DNA from: Octopus bimaculoides
Taxonomy: Eukaryota
DNA: 64,000 nucleotides
Direction of reading: 5' to 3'
Assembly (NCBI RefSeq): GCF_001194135.2
Contig: NC_068982.1
Span: forward strand, 39,240,600 to 39,304,599
This document shows positions 12,274 through 23,689 of this stretch, piece by piece. Numbering within the stretch: position 1 is the stretch's first letter; the number at the start of each line of letters is the position of its first letter. The notes beneath the pieces were generated by a model, which was not told where the DNA came from, made no database searches, and saw nothing but the letters and a program-made list of their open reading frames with translations. The translations under genes were made by a program, and so were the position numbers.

Positions 12274-12863
12274 ATTAAAGATACGGGCAATTAGTTCCAA
12301 GACATCCGACTGAACTCAGAAAACACATACATTGCGAAAAGAGATGTAGGGAGGGTTATTACGTCCCTTGTTCTCGCGAAGTTGCTAAAATATATTACAA
12401 TGCAGGGTTTTGGGTCAAATTTGTAAGTAACTTATTGATATTATTTCTATGATACTTATTTCTGTAAACATGTATTTTAATGTTTAGTTACAATGAATCG
12501 GTCCGAAAAAATTATCTCCATATTTTCTCTCCGGTTTGTGTGTAAGCAGTTAATTTTTCATTACAGTTTCCACTTTGCAACATACCAATAATTTTACTAA
12601 CGTGAATATCAGAAACCCAAATATGTATGTTCGGAACGGTTATATAATTACTAATGATTTGACATTATCTAATTTTCCAGAATCCTTTTTTTTTTTTTGG
12701 CTTTAGCTTCCATGTTATGGCATTGCATTGTTTCTCTCCACATAAATCCATTTCATTTTTACTGAGAACTTTGCTATGACGTTTTACTCGAAAAATATTT
12801 CTGTTAAGGAAATGAAACTTGATTCTCTTTTTACTGAGCATACACACACCTATATATGTGTAC

Positions 12864-12911
<48 letters not shown>

Positions 12912-13269
12912 CACATTACATTCTTTCTATACTTTAGTGGCCCGAAATGTCAACTGGCAAAAGGTTTCTTGTTTCTTTGTTGAGAAATTCGGAGAAGTAC
13001 CTTTTCCATTCAAAGTGCAGAGATTTACGACTCCCAGAAGGCTGCCCATCACTATTATATATTCGTACGCTGTCATTTACTTTGTAAAGGCTTAGAAATA
13101 TTTTATGGCTTCGTATACTTCCACCCCTTTATTTACTAGGTAGAAATTCTTATCGATTTTCAGAGATTTTTTTTCATTTTCTGATAACAGCAACTACAAA
13201 GTTATGGTTAACGTCTGCTAACAAGATTAAATGAACAATAAAGATATCCTGTAATATGTGAGCCGTGAA

Positions 13270-13400
13270 CTAAATTGAGCGTTGAAAGGTGGGTGACTGA
13301 GGAATGTTGCGCAGGAACAGTTAATGTGGCGTAACTACGTTATGGTATGACTTCAAAAGGGCCCGAATAGAATAGAATATAGGATGAAATAGAATATAAC
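13270..13400 (+). mobile_element. Possible RTE-like LINE 3' end
   Basis: Translates as AQEQLMWRNYV (loosely like the AQDR..WR C-terminal motif) and is followed by a (GAATA)n-like tail. Confidence 0.3.
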
Positions 13401-14921
13401 AATGAAATAAAGTAATAGCGGTATATATGTGTTTTAAATGTTTATCATTACGCTTTCACGATATAATAATTATATATACACTTATACACACAAACATTTA
13501 AACGTAGATGCACACACACATAAACACACACACACACACATACACATACACACATACATACACACACAGAGACGAGTGTATGTATGTATGTATGTATGTA
13601 TGTATGCACGCATGCATGCATGCCTGGATGTATATACACATTTAAAAAGTCATTCATTTTAATTTTCAATTTAATACAAATAAAGTGTGTCAAAAAATGT
13701 TGAAGCAGTTGGAAATAATGTCAGTGACCATTTACAACGAAAATAAAACAAAAATGAAAACTGGTGTAGGCGTGTTTTAAAAGTGCATCATAGCTCTTCA
13801 ATGATGTAGTAATTGCTTTTGTCTCAACACGCGATCTCATAGCAAGACACCTCACTAGGTTTAATAGCAAAAGTCGTAATCTCTCTCTCTCTCCTATGTA
13901 TGTATGTATGTATGTATGTATGTATGTATGTATGTATGTATGTATGTATGTATGTATGTATCTATCTATCTATCTATCTATCTATCTCCCTCCCCCCTCT
14001 CTCTCTCTCTCTCTCTCTCNNNNNNNNNNNNNNNNNNNNNNNNNNNNNNNNNNNNNNNNNNNNNNNNNNNNNNNNNNNNNNNNNNNNNNNNNNNNNNNNN
14101 NNNNNNNNNNNNNNNNNNNNNNNNNNNNNNNNNNNNNNNNNNNNNNNNNNNNNNNNNNNNNNNNNNNNNNNNNNNNNNNNNNNNNNNNNNNNNNNNNNNN
14201 NNNNNNNNNNNNNNNNNNNNNNNNNNNNNNNNNNNNNNNNNNNNNNNNNNNNNNNNNNNNNNNNNNNNNNNNNNNNNNNNNNNNNNNNNNNNNNNNNNNN
14301 NNNNNNNNNNNNNNNNNNNNNNNNNNNNNNNNNNNNNNNNNNNNNNNNNNNNNNNNNNNNNNNNNNNNNNNNNNNNNNNNNNNNNNNNNNNNNNNNNNNN
14401 NNNNNNNNNNNNNNNNNNNNNNNNNNNNNNNNNNNNNNNNNNNNNNNNNNNNNNNNNNNNNNNNNNNNNNNNNNNNNNNNNNNNNNNNNNNNNNNNNNNN
14501 NNNNNNNNNNNNNNNNNNNNNNNNNNNNNNNNNNNNNNNNNNNNNNNNNNNNNNNNNNNNNNNNNNNNNNNNNNNNNNNNNNNNNNNNNNNNNNNNNNNN
14601 NNNNNNNNNNNNNNNNNNNNNNNNNNNNNNNNNNNNNNNNNNNNNNNNNNNNNNNNNNNNNNNNNNNNNNNNNNNNNNNNNNNNNNNNNNNNNNNNNNNN
14701 NNNNNNNNNNNNNNNNNNNNNNNNNNNNNNNNNNNNNNNNNNNNNNNNNNNNNNNNNNNNNNNNNNNNNNNNNNNNNNNNNNNNNNNNNNNNNNNNNNNN
14801 NNNNNNNNNNNNNNNNNNNNNNNNNNNNNNNNNNNNNNNNNNNNNNNNNNNNNNNNNNNNNNNNNNNNNNNNNNNNNNNNNNNNNNNNNNNNNNNNNNNN
14901 NNNNNATATATATATATATGT

Positions 14922-14955
<34 letters not shown>

Positions 14956-15880
14956 GAATGATGTCTAATATCTGAACATAACCCACATGCGCTATTTTTT
15001 CCCGACTTACCTCCCTTTTTCTTTACACCCTTCTTTTCTGACTCGTCTATTACTGGACTTTCCTCCAGTATCCAACAAAATCTATTTTCGAAACGTAAAA
15101 CCCTTACTCTATAACTTTTATTTAATAACTTTTCTTCTTTTAACGCCAACATGATAATATTAACAATGAACTCCATTTGGAGTTGCTATCTCTTTTTTGT
15201 TTTGTTTTGTATTTGATCTACTTCATATATGTACCATCCATTATCCTTATATTAATATTACTATTGTCATTAGCGATGAATAAGATAAAGATTGGATTTG
15301 ATTCCTAGTAAAAGTAAACAGTAAAATTTTACCGCGTTTTACCATGTAAACCAGAACTACTTGTTCCATGTTCGAGTGGTTGGTAACTAAACAGGCTCCC
15401 TCACTTGAGTAGCTTGCCACTCTTGTGAGTCCAAGCAGGACTGAAGAGCAGGACCTGTCGAAGGGCGGATGAGCACATTGTGGGTCAACGGCCATCTAGT
15501 TGGGGAAGCCAAAGCCAAGCCAGCACAATATATCTGTCAAGAAAACACTATGAGAAAGTCAGAAGAAAGTAACGCTTTGGCCTTATCTATTGGGAGACAT
15601 TCGCTTAATCGGGAAGACTTTCGTTGTAGAGTTATCAAAAGCGCACAATACATGGTGACGACGAATTACGACCGCCATATATAATATAAATGACAACGAC
15701 CACATATTATAACTATATTGTAACATGCATATGGTGCTAGATGGGAGATGCATATGCTTTTATGGACGCAGTCAAATAATTATTAAAGAATATGTTAGAG
15801 TACTAGATATCGATATGTCGTCTCAAAAGCGGGTATGAACTTCGTATATGAAACAGTGTTTATAATTATCTATTAACGAT

Positions 15881-16055
15881 TTAAGACGGCGAATTGGAAG
15901 AGTGTATAAATCGTCTGGTAGAATACCTGGTGGTATTTATCTTCGCTCTCTAAATTAAGATCATACTGACGTTATCTTTACCGTTTATCTTTTATGGTCA
16001 ATAAATAAGATAAAAGTAAAGCACTGGGATCGATAAATAAATCACAAGTGCCAGG
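15881..16055 (+). mobile_element. Old, degenerate SINE family B copy
   Basis: TAAGACGGCGAATTGG head and GCACTGGGATCGAT module are recognisable; the rest is diverged. Confidence 0.5.
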
Positions 16056-16724
16056 GGTCAATAACGTTGTGTCGTGGTCACGGCAGACTACTCAGAAAAT
16101 GCTTCTGCAGAAATGGGAGTGAGATGATGGACGGTTCGATATACAGTACAGAAAAATAATCTAGGTTTTAAATTTAAACCACCTTGCATTTTATGGTAAA
16201 CTGATACTGGTTGTGAGTATGGAGATAACAAAATAAATACTAATTATACATTGAAACCAAATATATAAACTACACCAGTATTGTACACTATCTTTCAAAA
16301 ATCTCTATAAAAACATAGCAAAACATAACAGAATCTACAAAACATCAAAAAAATACATTGTACTATTTATGTGTGCTGTTACGGTCTGAGTTCAAGTGCC
16401 GGTTCGTTAGACATTGTGCTCCATGTTTCTAAGGTGAATAAAATAGAATAACATTGACTATAATTTTGAATGCAAAGCTCCAGCATGGCCACTGATCAAT
16501 GACAAAAATCTGTAAAAGAATAAAAGAATTGGTTGTTAACCTCTAGTACAGAACTGCCAGAGCCATTGAAATGATTTTTTACAAACTGTAATATACATCA
16601 CGTCAACTTTCTTCCTCTCATAACTATAACTTCTTAATATCACATATTAACGGATGCTCTTGCATTTAACGGAGTAAAGGAAAGAAAACTACACACGTGC
16701 TTTACTTGGACTTTTCCTCGCTCC

Positions 16725-16760
16725 GCTTTCTGACGAAGAGCCATATTCGAAACGTTATAT
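16725..16760 (+). ncRNA. Minimal hammerhead-ribozyme-like motif in a Penelope-like terminal fragment
   Basis: CTTT-CTGACGA-A-GAGC-cata-TTC-GAAAC-GTT. Both core boxes are intact; stems I and II are partly eroded. Homologous to 19054-19090 and 20298-20335. Confidence 0.6.
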
Positions 16761-16912
16761 AACCCCTCTTGTTTCTATTTTAAACTGAACGTCACTCTAA
16801 TGCAATCTCTATGTTTGTTCTTCTAACTTTTGTTGCTTTTGTTTTGATTTTGATTTTGATTTACCTATACACACACAGACACAGACACACACACACATAC
16901 ACGTACACAAAC

Positions 16913-16976
<64 letters not shown>

Positions 16977-16978
16977 AG

Positions 16979-17366
16979 AGGTATAGCAGTGTGGTAAGAA
17001 GCTTGCTTCTCAACCACATGATTCCGGGTTCAGTCCTACTGCGTAGCACCTTGGGCAAGTGTCTTCTGCTATTAGCTCGGGCCGACCAAAGCCTCGTGAG
17101 TGAATGTGATGGATGGAAATTGAAAGAAGCCCGACGTATATATATATATGAATTATGTATTTGTGTATCTGTGTTTGTCCCACCACCATCGCGTGACAAC
17201 AGATGTTGGTGTATTTATGTCCCCGTAACTTAGCGGTTCGGCGAGAAAGACCGACAGAATAAGTACAAGGCTTACAAAGAATAATTCCTTGGGTCAATTT
17301 GTTCGACAAAACGTGGTGCTCCAGCATGGCCGCAGTGAAATGACTGAAACAAGTAAAAGAATAAGA
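16979..17366 (+). mobile_element. SINE family A, full length
   Basis: tRNA-like head (GTGTGGTAAG...GGGTTCAGTCC), GCACCTTGGGCAAGTGTCTTCT, GAAAGAAGCCCGACG, internal (TA)n, 3' module, and tail TGACTGAAACAAGTAAAAGAATAAGAG. Confidence 0.9.
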
Positions 17367-17376
17367 GTACACACAC

Positions 17377-17469
<93 letters not shown>

Positions 17470-18269
17470 GAGAGATAGACAGACAGATAGATAGATATAT
17501 GTATGTATGTTTGTATACATACACACACACGCACAAACACCCACATATATATGTACATATACACTTGTGTGTGCATGTGTGTGTATACACAAACATACAT
17601 ATACGCACATACAAACACACGTGCGCGTGCAATATGTTAAGCAAGCCAATACACAAACGAAATCTTACAGCGACTGAACGTAGTTATATTTCTATATTAC
17701 ATTTGTTTCGATTTATGAAACACTTCGTGGAGCAACGAAAGATTTAAAAATATTCATAACCACCATCAATACGCACAACATCAGCATATTACCAAATTTA
17801 TCGTTTCCAAAAATCATTGCTATTGGCACAAATATCTTTGCTAAGATGACTAAAATTTGTATAACTGACGCCACCTTGATCGTAAAACCTAATAACAATT
17901 TACACATTTTGTTGAACCGTTGCATAAGCAATATTATCAATACATTAGAGTAAATAAGACATCAGGAGACTGAAATAGAGACGTGGTAAAATCCAGAATT
18001 TAAGGAAACTGATGATTGTGCTTGTAATAATTGTGTGATATCAGAGCTCATAGAAAAAAATTGACGAGTGAAACAGCTTCAAGGTCACAGCAATGAACTT
18101 TACCATAATCTTCGAAGATCTCTCCTACGATTTGATTGCATATTCCCAGAAGTGTATAAAAAAACTGTCTTTGGTAAGGTCAAATTTCAGTGTATCTACA
18201 CAGACACACACAAGCGTCAATGTTCGTCAGCCTTAAAACATCGTCGTTTTTTTTCAACGAATCTTTTCC

Positions 18270-18494
18270 AAAATTTGCAGATGTGAAAGAGGTGCAGAAA
18301 AAAAAATACAGAGCATGAAAAGGCAAGCATTACTTTGTAAGAGTTTCAGCAGTATTTCGTACAGTGGAAAACGCGTCTGGACTGATGCATTGCTTCAAAT
18401 TGAGAATACTTTGAAGGCGATAAAAGTGTAAACATATAAAACTTAGTGAATTAAATAATATTGCAAAATTCCGGTTTCTTTTGGGTACCCCTCG
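18270..18494 (+). mobile_element. Mariner transposon 3' end fragment
   Basis: Translates FADVKEVQKK...WKTRLD*CIASN*EYFEGD (mariner C-terminus) and ends ...GGGTACCCCTCG|TA. Confidence 0.8.
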
Positions 18495-18964
18495 TATAAA
18501 TATATATATATTTAAACACATCACAGATGCCCATAAATATACACTGTATTTAAATGAATAATATATAGTCTATTGACTAATTTTTTCTTCTCGCTAGACC
18601 ACTGGTAGCAAATAGAATTTCTAAAATTTCTTTTGCTACCCTGAGATTTATTAATATATATATATAATTAACAAAATGAGATAAAATTCCAAGGTTGTAA
18701 AGGATTTCAGAACATTTATAACGAGAACATTTATATATATGCATGCTCATATATGACCTCCTCATTCGCATAATCACCGAACCTGGAGCTTAACTATAGT
18801 TTGTCCATAGCACTCACTCAGCATTACCTGACACACTTGGGTCTTCTTGATACCATTGCCTCTCATAACCTATATATANNNNNNNNNNNNNNNNNNNNNN
18901 NNNNNNNNNNNNNNNNNNNNNNNNNNNNNNNNNNNNNNNNNNNNNNNNNNNNNNNNNNNNNNNN

Positions 18965-20064
18965 AGGGAGAGTTCACAAAAAAAAACAAAGGACGAAGAC
19001 ACGTGGTGTAGCCAACAAACAAACATAGTTTAACGCTCAGGAAATGAAAAGGTCTTTAACGTTTCGAGCCTACGCTCTTCTAAAGAAAGGAACACAGAAA
19101 GAAACAAGTTGAGAAAATAAAGAATGTGTACTGGCTAGTAATCTATCATGGCGAATACCGGACAGAAGGGGATCACACAGGAGAGCTAGAAAGAAGAGGA
19201 GATAATAAACTAGTGGTGATCCCAAAATGAAGCTGCGCGTGCATATGTATAAGAAAGCATTATGTGCGTGTGGAGGAAGGCTGATGACCTTCACGTGTGC
19301 GTGTGTGCATGTGTAGGTGTGTGGATGTTGGTATGTGACTGGGAAGTGGTCAGTGCTAGTGTGTGCGTAGTGGTGTGATGTGATGTGGTGTTGTGTGGTG
19401 TGGTGGTGTATGATGTGGTGGTGTTGGGATGTGGTGTGGTGTGTGGTGTGATGGTGTTGGGATGTAGGGGAGATGAAAGCGGAGAAATCAAGGGTGGGGT
19501 GTGGGTTAGCCTGAGGGTGGGGGTAGAGGTGGGGTATGTGGGAATGGGTGTAAGGGATGGGAAGGATATGGAAGGTGGAGTTGGATTGTGTAGGGGTGGA
19601 GTTACGAGGGAGGGGTGACGATGAAAGGAGAGGAGGAAAGGAGAAGGTGGATAGGAGTGAAGATAAGAGAGAAGGAGAGTAGGAGTGAAGAGAAGTGGGA
19701 GTCGGAGCAAGGGAGGAGAGGTGGGTGGAAATGAAGAGAAGAAGTAGGTGTGAGAGCAGAGGGGAGAAAGGCTAGATGAAGAGGGGAGTAGAGTTGAGCC
19801 CATGTGGCGCGAAGAGAGAAGATTAATCCCTGTTCACGGGGAAAACTGGAGTTCGGATGGCACCTGTGGAAGGACAATCCGAACACAGACAGGTGTTGCA
19901 AAGAGTGACTGGTAGAGCGGAAAGGGCGCGATACCGGGGTATCATTGACGAGTCGCATGTCTCGGAGGTGTTCCGTGAACCGGTCAGCCAAGCGGCGTCC
20001 CGTTTGCCCGATGTATAGAGAAGGGCAGAGAAAGCAGGAGATGCAGTAGATGACATTCGTATAT
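18965..20064 (-). mobile_element. Penelope-like element: GIY-YIG endonuclease, low-complexity 3' region and terminal repeat
   Basis: Minus-strand translation NVIYCISCFLCPSLYIGQTGRRLADRFTEHLRD...PVSRPF...HSLQHLSV...REQGLIFSL. Then a pyrimidine-rich 3' region and a hammerhead-like motif at 19054-19090. Confidence 0.9.
19054..19090 (-). ncRNA. Minimal hammerhead-ribozyme-like motif (core mutated)
   Basis: Reverse complement CCTTT-CTTTAGA-A-GAGC-gtag-GCTC-GAAAC-GTT-AAAG. Stems I and II are perfect; the CTGAAGA box has 2 substitutions. Confidence 0.6.
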
Positions 20065-20224
20065 NNNNNNNNNNNNNNNNNNNNNNNNNNNNNNNNNNNN
20101 NNNNNNNNNNNNNNNNNNNNNNNNNNNNNNNNNNNNNNNNNNNNNNNNNNNNNNNNNNNNNNNNNNNNNNNNNNNNNNNGAAGAAGAAGAAGAAGAAGAA
20201 GAAGAAGAAGAAGAACAACAAACA

Positions 20225-20400
20225 CGAAAAAAAAACAATAACGCGAGGACGTGGTACATGTAACATATTATCAGACGCTCAGGAAAGGAAAGAAAGATGG
20301 TTTAACATCTCGAGCAGGGCTCTTCTTCAGAAATAGAGGAAAGTTCAATAGAACGGAGGAAGAAAATCGCCAACGATTCGCATGTGGTTACATTTTGAAA
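20225..20400 (-). mobile_element. Second copy of the PLE terminal repeat (pseudo-LTR)
   Basis: Shares ACGTGGT...ACGCTCAGGAAA...TTTAAC.T.TCGAGC...GCTCTTC with 18995-19080. Motif in reverse complement: TTT-CTGAAGA-A-GAGC-cct-GCTC-GAGAT-GTT-AAA. Confidence 0.75.
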
Positions 20401-20668
20401 TGCATATATATATACTGTGAAAATAATAAGGGTGCAAAATTTAGAAAAATGTTCATACCGGTGGCTTGCATGCGTAATAAAGTCGATAGACAGCATATTT
20501 TCATATATAATAGCGTATAAACAATTGACGTATTTATACACTAAAGAGGTGACATTTGACATGACACCTTACACGCTAGAAAGAGTAGTTAAAGCCCAAA
20601 CCACGAATAAGAGCAATTTGAAAGGTCACCTCTTTCGTGTGTCAATGCGTAAATGGTTTATACACTAT

Positions 20669-20726
<58 letters not shown>

Positions 20727-20733
20727 CTCCTCG

Positions 20734-20768
<35 letters not shown>

Positions 20769-22181
20769 GTGTGTGTGTATATATATATACACACACACGT
20801 GTGTGTGTACATATATGTATTATAACTATCAGACCTTGTTAAATAATTTACTAGACTTGATCGTGAATCCTTTTATTCAAAATCCATTGTATTTGCCTGA
20901 AACCTGAAATTCTTTGAAAGAGTATGTCAACAAGACAACATGGTGGCTTAAAGTTAACAGCAACATCTGTGCAGAATAATAATAAAGAAACATAAAAAAT
21001 TGACCGTAGACGATATAGAAGAAAACAAAATTTTAAAGTACATCTTCCTTTGAGTTACGAATTCAAATATTTTGATAAATGATATTTAATCAAAATCGAG
21101 AATAAAGTCCTTCGTGTTGGCTACATGAATGAAAATATTCACGAACAAATTTTGCTGAAAGCTAAATTATCATTTTATAAGAAAACATTCACAGCAATAG
21201 GCAACATTTGTGTAACATTAAAGGTTTGAAGTTATGATTGCAATTTTGTTAATATGATTGAGAACAGCATACAAATTTCATTAACAAAAATGTGAGCAGT
21301 GTATATCATTCAGTTTGTCATTTTCATATTGCTTTTACAGTTTGGCTCAGATGTTGATGTTACCGTATCTTCGCCATGTTGTTGTGTACACATATTCTGT
21401 AAAATAAATTCAAGTTTCAGACGAATATCAACGATTTCTAATAAACGAACATATCCTTTCAAATGAGATGCCGAAACCACGTGAGACAAAAGAAAACACT
21501 CCGACTGTTGTTAAGTTGCCGCTCAGTATATGTGTCAGATCATAGCGACATTCAGAATAACATGTACAGTATAAAATGGTGGAATAGGGTGGCTAGTGTA
21601 GAATACAAACAAATAATCTTTCTCTCTCTCCTCCCCAATCTCTCTCTCTTTCTTTCTCCCTCTCTCTCTCTCTGTATGCATGTATATATATATATATATA
21701 TATNNNNNNNNNNNNNNNNNNNNNNNNNNNNNNNNNNNNNNNNNNNNNNNNNNNNNNNNNNNNNNNNNNNNNNNNNNNNNNNNNNNNNNNNNNNNNNNNN
21801 NNNNNNNNNNNNNNNNNNNNNNNNNNNNNNNNNNNNNNNNNNNNNNNNNNNNNNNNNNNNNNNNNNNNNNNNNNNNNNNNNNNNNNNNNNNNNNNNNNNN
21901 NNNNNNNNNNNNNNNNNNNNNNNNNNNNNNNNNNNNNNNNNNNNNNNNNNNNNNNNNNNNNNNNNNNNNNNNNNNNNNNNNNNNNNNNNNNNNNNNNNNN
22001 NNNNNNNNNNNNNNNNNNNNNNNNNNNNNNNNNNNNNNNNNNNNNNNNNNNNNNNNNNNNNNNNNNNNNNNNNNNNNNNNNNNNNNNNNNNNNNNNNNNN
22101 NNNNNNNNNNNNNNNNNNNNNNNNNNNNNNNNNNNNNNNNNNNNNNNNNNNNNNNNNNNNNNNNNNNNNNNNNNNNNNNNN

Positions 22182-22228
<47 letters not shown>

Positions 22229-22254
22229 ATGTATGTGTGTGCGTGCATGTGTCT

Positions 22255-22468
22255 GTATTTGTATGTATAAACTTACCCCCCACCACTATCGCTTGACAAC
22301 CGATGTTGGCGTGTTTACGTCCCATAACTTAGCTGTTCGGCAAAAACACCGATAGAATAATTACTAGGTTTACAAAGAATAAGTCCTGGGGTCGATTTGT
22401 TCAACTAAAGGCGGTGCTTCAATATGGCTGCAGTCAAATGACTGAAACATGTAAAAGAATAAAAGAAT
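22255..22468 (+). mobile_element. SINE family A 3' module (head possibly in the preceding gap)
   Basis: CGCTTGACAACCGATGTTGGCGTGTTTACGTCCC-ATAACTTAGC...GGGGTCGATTTG...GCAGTCAAATGACTGAAACATGTAAAAGAATAAAAGA. Confidence 0.85.
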
Positions 22469-22499
22469 ATATGTACATGTATATGTATATGTATATATA

Positions 22500-22625
22500 C
22501 GAGGGGTTGCAGAAAAATTCCTGGCTTTGAGTCATAGAAAATACAGGAGGATCAGTTAATTATGATTTCATCCAACATATTCCCCTTTCAGATTTACCTA
22601 CTTATTTCTGCAGTCCTTCGTGACA
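22500..22625 (-). mobile_element. Mariner transposon 3' terminal fragment
   Basis: TA|CGAGGGGTTGCAGAAAAATTCCTGGC terminus; the minus strand encodes GEYVG, like the mariner C-terminal GDYVE. Confidence 0.7.
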
Positions 22626-22679
22626 CCCTCAAAGCTAAGAACTTTTCAGCACTCTCGTATATAAACATATACTATCAAT

Positions 22680-22683
22680 ATCA

Positions 22684-22765
<82 letters not shown>

Positions 22766-22768
22766 CAT

Positions 22769-22809
<41 letters not shown>

Positions 22810-22826
22810 ATACTACTACTACTACT
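22680..22826. repeat. Compound (TAT)n/(CAT)n/(TAC)n microsatellite
   Basis: Read directly from the sequence. Confidence 0.95.
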
Positions 22827-22844
22827 TAAAACACTTTGATTCAG

Positions 22845-23560
22845 CCTCTTGAAGCTTAGTTTCGTAGGTTCGTCAAAAGAATCAGTAAAGCTTGGCCTTC
22901 AAGTGAGTTGGGCGAAGACCAGGCTGATACATGTCGGCAATTGTTTGCCCCACCCAGCTCCATATTGGCTTCGATGCTGTGAAGTTTATCAGTTCCTTCA
23001 GCTACCGGGGCTCTACAGTCACTGGCAATGGATACTTGGCCCTGGATATCAACCGCAGATGTGGCTTGGCCGCCGGGATCAAGCACTCCTTATGGAAGTC
23101 CCACTGCTCTATCTCCGGAATACAAAGCTCAGTATCTACAGCGTGCTGGTCCTCTCAGTTCTCCTGTATGGAGTAGAACTGTGGCCCCTCACGAAGACCT
23201 TGGCAAAGAGAAAGAAGCGACAGCCTTGACAGCATAGCCTTGAGGGCCAACGACAACGTTAGTTGGAATTCACATTTCCAAGAAGTGTTGCGGGCGCGCT
23301 CGCATCAGCCAGCAGCCTCCCGCTTATAGCCATCCCCTGCATGCGTTGGTACAGACATGTCCTCCACCTCACGCGAGATAATCTTATTAAGGCCTTACTC
23401 TCGTCCGGTGCAGACTGTGGAGGGCGCCGAACGTGATTAATGAAGATCTCCAGAGGCTCGACGTTACGTTAGAGGCTGTATAGTGGCTGGCAGGCGACCG
23501 CCATCGATGAGACGGGGGACTTGTGGACCTGGTGAACTTGGTGGGCTCGACGCACAATCT
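22845..23560 (+). mobile_element. RTE-clade LINE, 5'-truncated, C-terminal part of ORF2
   Basis: KLGLQVSWAKTRL, SYRGSTV, DINRRCGLAAG, LWKSH and TKLSIYSVLVLSVLLYGVELWPLTK across frameshifts; RWYRHV-like motif near 23345. Confidence 0.85.
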
Positions 23561-23689
23561 TGCCTCTGGAGCCGCTAACCTGCGATGACGCCAGCCCCGT
23601 CGAGCAGGAGGAGAGCGAGAGAGTAAAGAGGGAGAGAGAGAGAAAGGGAGAGAGAAGGGGCTCATCACAGGCACTTCAAACGGCCGAAT

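Noticed and set aside
15440-15470. CTGAAGAGCAGGACCTGTCGAAGG hammerhead-like string
   Set aside because: The GAAA box is broken, stem II is bulged, and no PLE context is recognised.
17713-17940. Hydrophobic 75-aa minus-strand ORF
   Set aside because: Composition is what AT-rich DNA gives by chance; no family motif.
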